64,000 nt of DNA, from contig OZ024740.1 in NCBI GenBank assembly GCA_964016885.1, positions 262,198,001 to 262,262,000 of the forward strand, in the 5' to 3' direction. Shown here in pieces: positions 14,105 through 33,039 of the stretch (position 1 is its first letter; every line of letters starts with the position of its first letter). The notes beneath the pieces are model-generated. The model had not been told where the DNA came from. It saw only the letters and a list, made by a program, of their open reading frames with translations, and made no database searches. Both the position numbers and the translations under genes were made by a program. The DNA comes from Eledone cirrhosa. Its lineage: Eukaryota.

Positions 14105-14720
14105 TAGTCAGTTCTTAGATATGCCAGCTCTGTGTTTATAGTGTTGATGGTATCAGAGCCTTGGGACATATGAGCTTGTTAGGAATAATTTAATGTTGTC
14201 AGCAGGAATAGTCTTAATTCTCATTGGTCAGTTTGTAGATGCTAGTAGGGTTGGTATTTGACCTTAAAGAGGCAGGTGGTGTTGTAAAGTTCAAACCTTC
14301 AGGCAAGATGACAATAGTTCCATATGACTGATTTTCACAAAAAGCATTCCTAGTCAGATATATATTCAATTAAGGTTAATAGTATGAAATAGATACTACA
14401 GGTCATTCTTAAATTGAGGAATTTATGTGGAGTGGTGCTACTGAAATTTATGGTTAGAGTAGAACATTTACAAATAAAAAATTTACAAATAAAAAGACTT
14501 ATCTAGGTTGGTTTGCACATACACTCACAGCCACCTCCACAGACGCACACACACATCCACACATACAAATTGAGGAATTAATGTGGGGTGGTAATACTTA
14601 AAATAATGGTTAGAGTTAAATACTTAGATAGTTTAGAAAATTTAGAAATAAAAGGCTTATGTTGGTTGACTTGTACATACACTCACACCTACTCCCTAAC
14701 ACACACACAAATCCATACAG

Positions 14721-14768
<48 letters not shown>

Positions 14769-15886
14769 GCACAAGTGCACATATATATATACAACAGAGG
14801 CCCCCATATGCAAGTATAAGGCAGACATAAAACTAGGTGGCTGTTATTTTTAAAGAAAAGTAAAGTGGGTGTTTGGAAAAGTTATTGTTTAGACTAGACA
14901 AAGGTAGAGTGTGATATATATCTTCACAGCAATAGCTTGGAGGATTTGGAGCTTAGGCAAATCCCTTAGTACAGACATATATACCCACCGACACTTTTAT
15001 ACTTCTGGATGCGCGTGTATGTCTATATACACATGTGCACTCATACAAGAGAGTATATACAAACATACTCTTAAGCATACACTCGAACATTTATCAATCC
15101 AACCTGGGGTATTAGTATTACGTTGCGTTCACATGAGTGTGTACATTCACGCGGTCCCAGTATACATATATATATATAGAATCAAATGTGGAGAGGAAGC
15201 AGACGAGTTAGGATATATATATATATATATATATATATGAACACAGGGAGAAGAGACGATTATGAGGCAGAAAAATATTTTTTTTTCCTTTTTTGTCTCT
15301 CTCTCTCATTTTTTCTGGGTTAGAAAATGATTAAAACGAAATGTTTTACTTTGTGTGAAGTGTTAAGGTATTAGTTGATTTATTTATTATTTAATAATGG
15401 CATTTATTTATCTATTTATCTATTTAATTATTGTCAATTACCGGTTTCAGCATTTATATGCATTATCAAATGATAGTGAAATGTATTAGTGAGGTGTCGC
15501 ACATGTTAAACAGAAGGTGCAGAAAGAATAATGTTATTTACAAACAAGGTTTAAGAAGTGAAAAGAAGAAAGAAAAAGGAAAAAAAAACGTGCGTAATGT
15601 GGAACGTAAAAAGTCAATGTGGAAGGAAAAATAATGTTATTTACAAGCACAGTCATTGAAGTTAAGCAGATCAAAATGTATTAATATAGCAAGAGTGCTT
15701 GGTTGAACCATAGTTCCATGATGGAGGCAAATGGTGGACTGAAGTTTGATATGATTTCCCTTTTTAGAGAGTTAATATGCAGGGGAAGCAATTCTTGCTG
15801 GGTGATATTTAATTTATTTAAGAAAAAGGATTAGGTAGGGTGTGAGGGAGGTAACTCTTGTAAATGTTTAATGGTTTGTTGCAGTT

Positions 15887-16858
15887 TTAGATTGGTCCGA
15901 TTTTTAGAGCATTGAGTAGTGGTTGAAATTTATTAATGAAATGTGTTTCCTTATTGGTACGAAAGTAGCGTTGTCTATGGATTTGTGAATGGGGAAAAAT
16001 TTTAAAGTTTGGATGTTGGTTGAGAGCACAAATGGCGGGCCGCAATATGTTCACTAAATGCAATATTTCTGTATTCCTATATTTTAATTTGTGATTTATG
16101 GAGGTCATACGTTGACGGAGGCTGGTTTTTGTCTGTCCTATGTAGTGCTCTTGACAACCTGAGCAGGTCAAAACATAGATAAGGTTTTCAGATGCACATG
16201 TAAAGTTGTATTTAACTGTGAAATGTTGTCCTTGTTTAAAATGGAATGTTGAACCTTCTATTAGATTTATGCATATGCCACGGTTGGGCCTTCAACATTT
16301 TGTTACTATAGGGTTCATTGTGAGGGTTTGTTAGATTTTGGGTTGTGTGAGGATGTTTTTTATGGATTTGGGTTGTCTTTTGCTCTTTATGATGTTGTGT
16401 GTTTGGAGGATATTGTTCATTCTTGGGTCTCTTTTTAGTAAAGTAATGTTCTGGAGGATGGTGTCGAATGCCTCATTGTTGAGGGGGTTGTGTGTGGAGA
16501 TGTATGGTAGAGTTTTTTGTTGCGGTTCATTCCTGGGTTTTGGGTGCCTGAGTTCCTGGATGTCTAGTTATAGGGCACGTTGGAATCCATTGGTGATTAG
16601 GGATGGTGGGTAGTTTCTGCTGATAAGTGTGTTTTTTAATTCTTCTAGTCGTGTGTAGCATGTGTATTTATCTGAAACTATTGTGCAGATCCTTCTGGCT
16701 GGGTTATAAGGAATTGCCACTTTGGTGTGTCTAGGGTGGCACGAGTTGAATGGAAGGTATTGTTTGGAGTCTGTTGGTTTGTAGTATATGTCTGTTTCTA
16801 TTTTGTTGCTTGTTTTCTTGATGAGGATGTCGAGGAAAGAGAGTTGTTCATGGCTGTA
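15887..16858 (-). pseudogene. Neptune-like PLE, 5'-truncated: RT end, Cys-rich linker and GIY-YIG
   Basis: LSFLDILI..ETDIYYKPTDSKQYLPFNSCHPRHTK, LPYISTHNP, FTCASENLIYVLTCSGCQEHYIGQT..LRQR, ETHFINKFQPLLN; has stops and a frameshift; starts at (TA)n. Confidence 0.9.
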
Positions 16859-17002
16859 ATATATATATATATAATAAAAATCGTCTGTACATGTTCGTAA
16901 ACATGTTCAAAATTGTTGTGGGTTTGTTCGCCACACAATTAGCTGAATGCTTACAAAATATAATGTACATAAACATTGAGCAACGAACATTTTTTCCATC
17001 TC

Positions 17003-17060
<58 letters not shown>

Positions 17061-17062
17061 TA

Positions 17063-17125
<63 letters not shown>

Positions 17126-17162
17126 CACCACCACCACCACCACCACCACCACCACCACCACC

Positions 17163-17232
<70 letters not shown>
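17003..17232. repeat. Compound trinucleotide microsatellite (GTA)n(CTA)n(CCA)n(CTA)n
   Basis: Read directly; it is the source of the polyV/L/P ORF 16891-17283. Confidence 0.95.
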
Positions 17233-17289
17233 TTGCAGCTGTGGTTGCTCTGTTGCTGCCGTGGCTGCTACTGCTGCTGCTGATGATAA

Positions 17290-17690
17290 TGGGTTTCTGA
17301 TTTAGGTACTAGGCCAACAATTTTGGTGGAGGGGAATGTCAATTAAATGGACGCCAGTGCGTGACTGGTACTTTATTTAATTGACCTCGTAAGGATGAAA
17401 GGCAAAGCTAACCCCAGCTAACGATGCCATGAAGAAGGGTCTCCGATAGTCTACTGGTACTGCCAATCTACCGCCCTTAAAACAATGGTTTCTAATTAAG
17501 GCACAAGGCTAACAATATTCTATGGAGGGGAAAGTCGATTGAATAGACTCCAGTGCGTTACTGGTACTTCATTTTGTCGACCCTGTAAGAATGAAAGGCA
17601 AGGCAGACCTCGGCAGGATTTGAACTCAGAGAGCAGAGTCAGAACGAATAGCACAAAGTATTCTATGCGAATTTCTAACGACTTTGCCAA
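17290..17690 (-). mobile_element. Two diverged SINE fragments
   Basis: GGTACTTTATTT..GGATGAAAGGCAAAG and GGATTTGAACTCAGA, the reverse complements of the core and B-box. Confidence 0.7.
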
Positions 17691-18234
17691 TAATAATAAT
17701 AACGATAATTTACAGAGTCGAATATAATGGTACTTATTTTATCGATTATAGAAAGATGAATTTGTAAGACATTTCGGCTAAATTCATCCATAAATAATGA
17801 ATTTAGAGACGGTATATGTATGCACTTGCTCACCTGTACATACCTTCTTGCAAACTCATGCATAATAGATTATCACGATTGCAGATTTATGTACACATAT
17901 TTACTAGAGCATACGTATTTTTAGTGCGATTTCCTTCTAAGATATATATATCCTATACACATACTTCACGCACATAACATTACCGCATAAAATGTACACA
18001 CACATAAACAAGCACAGTCGCACAGGTACTTATACATAGACACAGTGGTGAACAGAAACCATATTTCCATTGAGTTTCTCCTTGAGATACAAGCCCCTAC
18101 ATACACAAATGATTTCTGGGAAGTAATTTACGCTTTTGCTTACAGCTAGATTGTTTTTCTTTCATCCGCACAGACACAGATGCAGACACATACTCAGATA
18201 TATACATATATATGGACATACATATATATATATG

Positions 18235-18275
<41 letters not shown>

Positions 18276-18956
18276 TGTATAATTCACTCTCGTCTCATCT
18301 CCCTCCCCTCTCTCTTCCTTTCCGTCCCTCTTTCTTTCCCGCCTCACTCTCCATATATATATATGTGTGTGTGTGTGTGTATAAATGTTTGTATAACTCG
18401 AGTAGTACCTTCTATATGGCGGTTACAATTTCGATTCGTAACAAATATTATATACATATATATATATATATATTATATATATAGATAGATGCATACATAT
18501 ACATATACAAATATATACACATAAATATGTAGTATAGTATGTTGAAATACGTCAATTAAGTGAGAACATCATTGCAATTATTGGAGGAAAACACCCGTTA
18601 TATGTGTTTAAAATATGATGATAGAGATTACAACATGTGGGAAAGAGTAATAAAAAAGTAAGGCATAGAAACTGCGATTCCATTGGCAGTTTTCTTCTTG
18701 GCCTATGGACAAAGCAGAATTTAATTACCACCTACACACTTTTTTGTTTGAAGTCTAGCGACAATACACACTAGTTGGATACTGTTTATGTAAATATGTC
18801 AATGTCCCATTGTATCTTTGTCCAAAAAGAGATATATCTGAAACCGATGAACTCTTCATGGATTTCCTGGTTATATTATTGTGTTGTATCTGTGTGTTTT
18901 GTATGTTGCTGTTGATAAAAAGGCCAAAGTTAATATATTTGTATATGTGTGTCTGC

Positions 18957-19115
<159 letters not shown>

Positions 19116-19964
19116 CAATTCTCTATTGAGTGGTAGTACAGTGAATTCGGTTTCGAGTTTATAATGTTTCAAATGCATCATGATGTAAATGCGAGAAAGT
19201 GTCGTAAATGTGCGTCCGTTGTAAGAGATTGAGCCATGAACTCTCTATTATTCATGTTTACATTGAAATATCTTTATTACACTGGTTGCCTGGAGTACAA
19301 AACGTCACTTGCAATTTCGGGGCTTCTTAAAAAAACTAATAGGGATCTAATTCTGATATTTTTTATTTTCTGCTGTATATTCTGAAAACTATTTATAGAA
19401 GCAACAAGGGCAGTAAACTAGTAGTTTCGCCAGAGCGTCGGACAAAATGTTTTGCAGTGATTAATAACGAGTTTCAACGTTCTGAGTTGAAATTCCAATG
19501 AGGTAACTTTTGCCTTTATCCTTCCGGGCCGATATAATTAACTTTCCCCTTCTAAATTGTGCTAATGCTAGAAAGAAATTTAGAAGCAACAGAAAACAGT
19601 ATTAATATTTCAAGACTTTCTGATGAAAGAGGATGTAGATTGCTAAGCGTTCAAGATATCTTTCATTGATTTCGTCTTTGCGGCTAAACAACCTCTCAAC
19701 ACCAGCATTTAGGAGCTCAGTTGTTGTATTACTAAAATGTTCATTTAAACACAGTGAAGTTTAACCGACGAAAATAGTCCCCGTTTTTACCTACTTGTGG
19801 TCCACTATATATAGCATTCTCAGTCTTCGCAAAGAACAATTGGTGTGGAAAACTTAATGCGATTTGCCATTCGGAGGGCTCTATACACATTTGAAGCCAA
19901 ATTATGGGTCAGATATCAGGAAATGTGTAAAATTGAGGAAAGCACTTCCATTATTGCTACATGA

Positions 19965-20143
19965 TAGTATCGGTAGAGGGTCGGACGCCATGCTTTGCAG
20001 CAAAGAGTTACGGACCTTTATGGTCTGAGTTCAAATTCCGCCGAGGTTAACTTTGCCTCTCATCCTTACGGGGTCGATAAAATAAAGTACAAGTAATGCA
20101 ATGGGATAATTGCTGGCCTTGTGCCAAAAGTAGAAACAATTAT
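19965..20143 (+). mobile_element. tRNA-derived SINE with probable target-site duplication
   Basis: Head, B-box, core and tail present. ATTATTGCTACATGATAG occurs on both sides (~19950 and ~20139). A degraded copy lies at ~19420-19590. Confidence 0.85.
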
Positions 20144-20989
20144 TGCTACATGATAGCTCGGAGACTATGAAACATATAAGGGCTCATAAAAGTTTCTCAT
20201 ACATATCCTTTGCGCCATCTGTTGTAGTAGATTAATTAATAATGTTGAATACGGAGTGGATTAGGAAGAACTGAGAAAACCGAATAAAATAAAATATTGA
20301 TGACTTAAATCGAGATATATTTGTTAGAAACGAATACATAGAAAACCACTGTCCATGTGAATATGTCATATTCTATACAGTACAATATTTTCAGGGAGCT
20401 GTTTGTTGTAAACTTTACAGGTTGTTTTTAGTGGGATGGGCATCTGTGTGAGAATGTGGGGTGGGAGCGGGGTTGGCGTATAAGCGTTATAACTAGTTAT
20501 CAGGAGAGATCGTTTAAATTAATTATTAAGCATTCAGCAACATATGTTTTATATTTTGTCAATGTGATAAGGCATTGCTTCGTTTCAAACTTCTTATTAC
20601 ATATGAAGCTAAAATATATGCAAAGTATACCCACTAAAGCCAAGACTCCTGGAGAATATTTACACCATAAACATGTTGGCGAAACAGTGTCTGGGGATTG
20701 ATTATGAAAGAATCTGTGCATTGATGAAACCCATATTAACTGTTGCATATAAACTAATGTGGTTTCAACTGAGAAGATCGAAAGCTGATTATACTACACA
20801 CCCATTACTGTGATCGATTATACTATACAATGATTATATTCTAAAGAGTGCAAAATGATAAAAACAAACATGGCATAACAACAAAATAACATTAAAATAA
20901 TAAAAATAAAACATTCGAAATATAGATGAAACTCAGTTAAAGGCAACATGTCGTGTGACTATATGGATGCGAGAAAAAAATATTAGACA

Positions 20990-21021
<32 letters not shown>

Positions 21022-21036
21022 TATATATTTATATAT

Positions 21037-21369
21037 GTCCTACGCCATCTTGTTTGAGAAACAAGATGGCGTAGGACAGAACAAAGGAGAGGCACAAAAA
21101 CAAAGAAAAGAATCCCCAGTCACTGAAGAGGTCACAGAATGTGTGACGAAAGAACTTTGACAATATATAAACAACCATCTGGTTGTGGAACCAAACAACC
21201 AACTGGAAATTTATAAATTCCTAAATTTACAAATTTATTATAATAACATGAAGTGAAAGCAACTGGTGCGTGTGTTTCTTATTGGCAACATGACCCTCCC
21301 AAAGTATAACAATATCGGTTTCAACACACGTTTTCAGATAAAGAATCTTGCTAAACAAATTAAGAAACG

Positions 21370-21370
<1 letters not shown>
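21037..21370 (+). mobile_element. Family Z PLE end with HHR at 21119-21161 and a short 5' hairpin
   Basis: Same HHR as 6035-6077; 5' hairpin TGTCCTACGCCATCTTGTTT-GAG-AAACAAGATGGCGTAGGACA. Confidence 0.8.
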
Positions 21371-21446
<76 letters not shown>

Positions 21447-21452
<6 letters not shown>

Positions 21453-22380
21453 GAAATATAAGAATCAAAGAACTGTTCAAAACATTTTTATGCTTACAAC
21501 TGTTTCCTCCAAACCGAGGTTTGGATTCTTCGGAGTAATTTATTAATGAATGAACACTCATATGACCTCCTTTTCACCCAAGAGACATACAGATACATAT
21601 GCAAATATTGTGGGTCAACATTCATTACAGCATTTAGAGTGGCAGTACACACTTAGAGATTACATTCATATTAAAAGATACAATCAAAAATACAGGTTAA
21701 AATACAACATGAAAATAAGCGGTTATATAGTGCAAATGTTATATGTGTGGCAAGCACGTGCGTCTTGTTTATATAGTGTGGCAGAGAGTTACGTGTAGTA
21801 GAAGCACTTAAGTAGGTAAACAAGAGTGTTAGGTTGGTTGATCTGGTGGCAAATTCTTTATATGATTGTTATAGTCTGTGTGTGGAAAAATAATATCAGC
21901 ATTAAAAATAGTGCAAGCATTAAAAATATTAAAAATATTGGAAATGCACAGCGAAGGGATGATTTGGACTTCATGTACTTCGACATTTTAATAGTCTGGG
22001 GAGTGTAATTTTCAGATTATATACCCCACACATAATCCACGACAATTCGTTATTGACTGCCACTCTAAATGCTGTAATGAATGTTGACCCACAATATTTG
22101 CATATGTATCTGTATGTCTCTTGGGTGAAAAGGAGGTCATATAAGTGTTCATTCATTAATAAATTGCTCCGAAGAATCCAAACCTCGGTTTGGAGGAAAC
22201 AGTTGTAAGCATAAACATGTTTTGAACAGTTCTTTGATTCTTATATTTCATATAACTGCTCTGTAAATCATCTGATGTTTTTACATTGAGCTACTTAACT
22301 TACTGGTAATAAGGTAGTAATATATTACTGCCTACCACTATTTAGGGTTTGTATAAAAATATATATAACTGCAAAAGGTT
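21447..22380. mobile_element. Fold-back insert; HHRs at 21491-21537 (-) and 22165-22211 (+) with CCGAAGA core
   Basis: Arms ~21448-21646 and ~22055-22254. HHR: TGCT-CCGAAGA-A-TCCAAACC-TC-GGTTTGGA-G-GAAA-CAGTTG-TA-AGCA. Confidence 0.75.
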
Positions 22381-22443
22381 TTTGTATTTACATAACCATA
22401 AATAGTATAATTAATACTATATATTTATATATATATACAGATA

Positions 22444-22513
<70 letters not shown>

Positions 22514-23157
22514 ATATGTAGGTTCCCGAGTTGTGTTATGGGTTGACCGAAGTTAAAAAAGGTACTTTATATGTTGGTATAATATTGGAATATTTTTAAA
22601 AATATACAAATGACTTCTGCAGGAGTAGAACTGTTGCATTCGTATGAAATCATCTGGAATATCAGTTAAAATATTTCGGTTCAGGTTATTTATAGGTGTC
22701 TCAGTAGGTATTTGAGGTTGTTTAAAGGTGGTTGAGGGTGGTTAAGGGGGGTTGAGGGTGGTTGTGGTGAGGGCTTATTTAATGGTAGAAGTCATTTATA
22801 TATATATATACATATATGGGTCTGTTTATGTACTTAATAAATACATACATAAATATGTATATACATAGGCATATACGTCTACGCATGCAGTCACATACGA
22901 ATATACGTCTTTGTGTGTGTCAATGGGTGCCTGTATGTATATTACGCTAACATAAAAACACAAATTTATGTGCGTGCGTGTGGGCGCTTGCGTGTTTATG
23001 TACGTGAGAGTGTGTATATGTATACACACATACATACGTACACAGACACACGCATACACACACTCACACACACATATATATATATATCTATCTATCTCTA
23101 TATATATAAATACTATGTATACACAAAAATAGATATAGAGAGGAGGGAAGAGAAAGT

Positions 23158-23260
<103 letters not shown>

Positions 23261-23561
23261 GGTTGGGAGCTTATAAAAGTAAATAAACATAAATAGAATT
23301 ACACAGATACGCAAGTGGGGAGAAAAGAAGTCAAAATCTTAACCTGATATGAGAAAATAGAAGAATACATTAAAACAACTGATGAACTTTAGTTCTTTAC
23401 TATTGTTGGTTGTGTTTTCAATGGAGGAGCAAAATCAATTTGCCCAATTTATTGTGATAACGGGCAAAAGAAAAATGAACAAATAATAATATATAAACAA
23501 ACAAATAAGAAATAGAAGACGTTAAAAAAAATAAAGTATAGAATGACTTCTAGCTGGAAAT

Positions 23562-24143
23562 CCACCACCATCACTACCGCAACCGCAATCACTTACACAG
23601 GCACCACCACCAGCATCACCACCAACAGCACCACCAGCACCACCATACCACCACAGTTACATCCACCAGCACCAGCACCAGCACCAGCACCAGCACGACC
23701 ACCACCACCACCACGACTACCAGCACCAGCACCAGCACCACCAGCACCACCATACCACAACAGTTACATCCACCAGGACCAGCACCACCACCACCACCAG
23801 CACCACCATACCACCACAGTTACATCCACCACCACCAGCACCAGCACCAGCACCAGCACCAGCACCACCACCACCAGCACCACCATACCACCACAGTTAC
23901 ATCCACCAGCACCAGCACGACCACCACCAGCATCACCACCACCAGCACCACCAGCACCACCATACCACCACAGTTACATCCACCAGCACCAGCACGACCA
24001 CCACCAGCATCACCACCACCAGCACCCCCATACCACCACAGTTACATCCACCAGGACCAGCACCAGCACGACCACCACCACCACCACCAGCACCACCACC
24101 ACCACCACCAGCACCACCATACCACCACAGTTACATCCACCAG

Positions 24144-24175
<32 letters not shown>

Positions 24176-24225
24176 CCACCATCAACAAGAACAACAACAG
24201 CAGCAGCAACTACAACAACTTCAAC
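23562..24225. repeat. CCA/GCA-rich minisatellite with 7 conserved CCATACCACCACAGTTACATCCACC anchors
   Basis: Anchors near 23643, 23750, 23806, 23883, 23960, 24028 and 24117, separated by variable CCA/GCA triplet runs. Confidence 0.85.
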
Positions 24226-24469
24226 ATGAAAACAACACCATTGCCCTGTACAAAAACATATAAACGAAAGGAAATGTGAAGAGTAATGAAATTATTAAGC
24301 ATAATAATAAGTAAGATATGAAGGGAAGGAGACTTATTGAATATTAGAGAGACGTACAGTGGAATCACTTAGGGTTTTCTTCGTTTATATTGGTTGTATT
24401 TTCTTGCTTCAGAGAATACGTAGAGGGATAGTGAGGATTTAACGCGGCATAATTCGTCGACATATACAC

Positions 24470-28790
<4,321 letters not shown>

Positions 28791-28899
28791 TGTATGTATA
28801 TATAGTTGCATTATGTACATAAAGGAAATCGTAGAATATCAATTTTGCCTTGCATCAGCTAATGAGTTCTACGTGATGGAAAGCGTGAATCTAACACGA

Positions 28900-29057
28900 A
28901 GTGCTCGTCTCAACGTTCGAGGCGACCTTCTAGGATATCTCACTATAGTCTTCAAATAGTTTCCAAGTCTTTGACATTCAGCTATCTCCCTTTCAGAAAG
29001 ATGAGGAACTGACGCTAGTATTTTATTTTCCAGCGGCAACAACTGTTGTGATGGCAT
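28900..29057 (-). pseudogene. Possible decayed Tc1/mariner transposase N-terminal HTH fragment
   Basis: MPSQQLLPLENKILA..LSEREIA..NYLK..Y.RRSPRTL resembles the Tc1 paired-like HTH and GRPR-like motif; short and degraded. Confidence 0.35.
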
Positions 29058-30287
29058 TTTCTCAATAGAAAAAGTTGAAAAGAACTTAGGAAAGAAAGAA
29101 GGGGAAAGAAAAACAGACATGAAAAGAAAAAAAAACCTAATCTATATGGAAATATCTTGTTATTTATTTGACCAGTACATAAGTTATTTCTTCTCTTTAC
29201 TTTTACTCAACAATAAAAGAAAGGTTCGTGATAGTTAAGTTGTAGTTTTTTACCCTCGAATTTACTTGGTCATACATATAATATATTGTATATATAATAT
29301 AGTGTACATATAATATATGGTACATATAATATATTGTACATATAATATATCGTACATAGACTAAATTGTACATAGAATAAAGACTACATTATGTTCACTG
29401 TAGCAAGTTCCTGTTAAAGTGCGATGGCGTTCTGGTTTCAAATGCTGGTTAAATCAAATAGAATTCATTTATATGATAAATACTTTTTGGAAAGGAAACG
29501 TAAAAGGCGTTAACCCCGTGACGAAGTGGTGGAGGGTCACTCCGAAATTCGGGCATTTTTAACCTCACAGAACACATCTTTCTCTGGGTGTGAATACATT
29601 CGATTTCATCCAGAGAGAGAGGGAGATAGGGGGGAGGGGAGAAAGAGAGAGAGAGAGAGGAATGGAGGAATATCGCCAGTATTGGACTGGTACTTCATTT
29701 ATCAACGTTGACAGAACAAAATGGAAGGTTGGCCTCGGCAGAAGAAATCCTGTATATTCTATCGTATGCCTTAATGACTTTGCCAATTAACCGCTTTTAA
29801 AAAAGCATAAATCTGGAATCTAATGTTATGGTTTCCACAGATATATTTTCTTATTTGCTGTAATTTTTTGTCCGTATAATTTCGCCATAATGTAAGGCAT
29901 GTGTTTCTGGTGATGCTGTTTGACTACTCCGTTTCCATCCAGGTTTAAAGCCAATGTGTAATACATATATACATTTGAAGCCAATGAAAATAAAACATGA
30001 AATTTCCAATACCGTATCCATTTTATCTAAAAATATAACGTGACTGATCACATGAAATCAATATTTCTGAGGAGGCAAAACAGACGTTAGTAGGACAAAC
30101 ACCCATCTGTACTAATCACATACAAACACTCATATAAATACACACACACGCACACACACATAGACACACATACACACGCGCACACACACACATTCACACA
30201 CAAACGCATATATAGATACACTCGTATGTTGAAATGTGTGCTGATTCTCATCTTTTTCCGTTCAGTGGGTGTATACGCCCCATTATT

Positions 30288-30708
30288 AGTTGACTTTGCC
30301 ATTCATCCTTACGGGGTCCATAAAATAAAGTACCAGTAATGCACTGGGTAATTGCTGGCCTTGTGCCTAAAGTAGAAACAATTATTAGACTATATCTAGG
30401 TTAACTTTGCCGTTCATCCTTACGGGGTCCATAAAATATAGTACCGGTCATGTACTGGGTAATTGCTGGCCTTGTGCCAAAAGTAGAAACAATTATTAGA
30501 CTATATCATGGTGGATTGGCAGTATCGGTAGAGAGTCGGACGCCATGCTTTCCAGCATAGTTACGTCCCTTTATGATCTGAGTTCAAATCCCGCCGAGGT
30601 TAACTTTGCCTTTCATCCCTAAGGGGTCGATAAAATAAAGTACCAGTAATGTACTGGGTAATTGCTGGCCTTGTGCCAAAAGTAGAAACAATTATTAGAC
30701 TATATCAT
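30288..30708 (+). mobile_element. Tandem SINE array: two 3' halves and one full copy
   Basis: Core plus tail ending AGTAGAAACAATTATTAGACTATATC repeated three times. Confidence 0.85.
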
Positions 30709-30820
30709 GTAGTCAAAAATTATTACGGCGACGCTTCCATTTCTATATTAATTCCAATCTTCGCTCGCCACGCTCTAAACATACTTCCTTTATATATGTA
30801 TATATAGTTACACACACACA

Positions 30821-30922
<102 letters not shown>

Positions 30923-31159
30923 TACATATATATATATGTACATACGTGTAGTCTTTTCATATACCGCATTATCCTGAATCTCCGAGAATTACGTGGCTGT
31001 GTAATACACAGTTATTTACATGTTAATTTAACGAGAAGCCTGTTACGTTGTTCTCACAAACGTAGTAATCGTCGTCGACACAGACAGCTATCCCAAACAC
31101 ACAATTGCTCACTAGTAGCAGATATTTAAACCGAATTTAGCAAAGAATTAGGGACGCAT

Positions 31160-31742
31160 TCAGCTTAATGAATCTGACGCCACATGTTGGATTGTAGCTA
31201 TTAGTGAATCTGACTGCAGGTATGGCCCCACAAGTGGCAGTGTAGGTATTAGCAAATCTGAGAGCAGGTAAGGCCCCCACATGTGGGTTGTAGCTATTAG
31301 TGCATCTGACAGTACGTAAGACGCCTCATGTGGTATTGTAGCTATTACTGAATTTGATAGTGCGTAAGACGACACCTGTGGGATTGAAACTGTTAGCAAA
31401 TCTGACAGCATGTATGACGGCACATGTGGGACTGCAGCTATTAGTGAATCTGACAGAACAAAAGACGCCTCATGTGGGGTTGTGGCTATTAGTGCATCTG
31501 ACAGCATGTATGACGCCACGTGTGGGATCGTAGCTATTAGTGAATCTGACAAGAGGTATGACGCCACATGCATGATTGCAGATATTAGTGAATCTGACAG
31601 TACGTAAAACCTCACATGTTGGATTGTAGCTATTAACAAATCTGACAGTATGTATGACACCACATGTGGGATTGTAGCTATTAGTGAATCTGAGAGAACA
31701 TAAGACGCCTCATGTGGGATTGTAGGTATTTGTAAATCTTTA
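31160..31742 (-). repeat. Diverged 60-bp tandem repeat (~10 units), open in one minus-strand frame as a 20-aa repeat
   Basis: Unit ~GAATCTGACAGYAYGTAWGACGCCACATGTGGGATTGTAGCTATTAGT; translation SDSLIATIPHVASYVL-like with no stop over ~190 codons. Confidence 0.8.
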
Positions 31743-31879
31743 ATTTATGTCCATACCACTATATTTAACGTTGTTTGTATTAAAAGCTGTACCATGATAA
31801 GCATTTATGTATGTATGTAAGTGTGTATGTGTGTACGTACGTATGTATATATATACGCATATATGTACATATGTATGTA

Positions 31880-31998
<119 letters not shown>

Positions 31999-32022
31999 TT
32001 ATTCATTATTTTTTTAATATTT

Positions 32023-32114
<92 letters not shown>

Positions 32115-32228
32115 TATATATATAAATATATAAATATATTTATATATATAGAGAGAGAGAAAGAGAGAGAGATAGATGCTTATAAACGTACATGATTACG
32201 AGTAGGTGTAAATACATACATACCTATA

Positions 32229-32298
<70 letters not shown>

Positions 32299-32645
32299 GA
32301 GAGATAGGAAGTGAAATGAGAGATTATACATGTTTGTGTGTGTATGTCTATGAAAAAAGAGGAAGAAAAAAAAGAAAGAGTGAAAGATAGATATACAATC
32401 TCTTTACGTATAACATTCGTAATATTTTCAGGTATGTAATCATTATTTGAAATAATACATGGTAGAATAATACACCTGAGGTTAAATCTATAATGATTTG
32501 CTTTCTGACTAGATAACTGAAGGTGACAAATATTCATGTGATTAGGAGTCTAAATAGAAGACGGCTCGTCTCCAAGACAAAATATTTTCCGTAGGAAATA
32601 CTGATAAATGATTTCTAATATTCCTTTGGTTGCATATATATATAT

Positions 32646-32712
<67 letters not shown>

Positions 32713-32769
32713 AATATATAATATTATAATATATATATATAATATATACAAAATACATATGATATATAC

Positions 32770-32858
<89 letters not shown>

Positions 32859-33039
32859 ACATACATACATGTGTCTGTTTATCTATGGTTTTATGAGGCA
32901 GCGTGTGTGTACTTGTGTTTGTGCGTGTGTTTGTGAAAGCGTATGTTCATAATACTTTACATTTGCTACAATCAGCTTTCTAGATATTTGAGTAGAAATG
33001 AATGCCAATAAACCATTGTTATAGCAATGCTCAACAAAT

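Noticed and set aside
16891-17283. PolyV/L/P protein
   Set aside because: It is a compound trinucleotide microsatellite.
23562-24225. CRISPR-like repeat-spacer array or mucin-like gene
   Set aside because: Spacers are low-complexity triplets, there are no cas genes and the context is eukaryotic; the ORF is expected from stop-free repeats.
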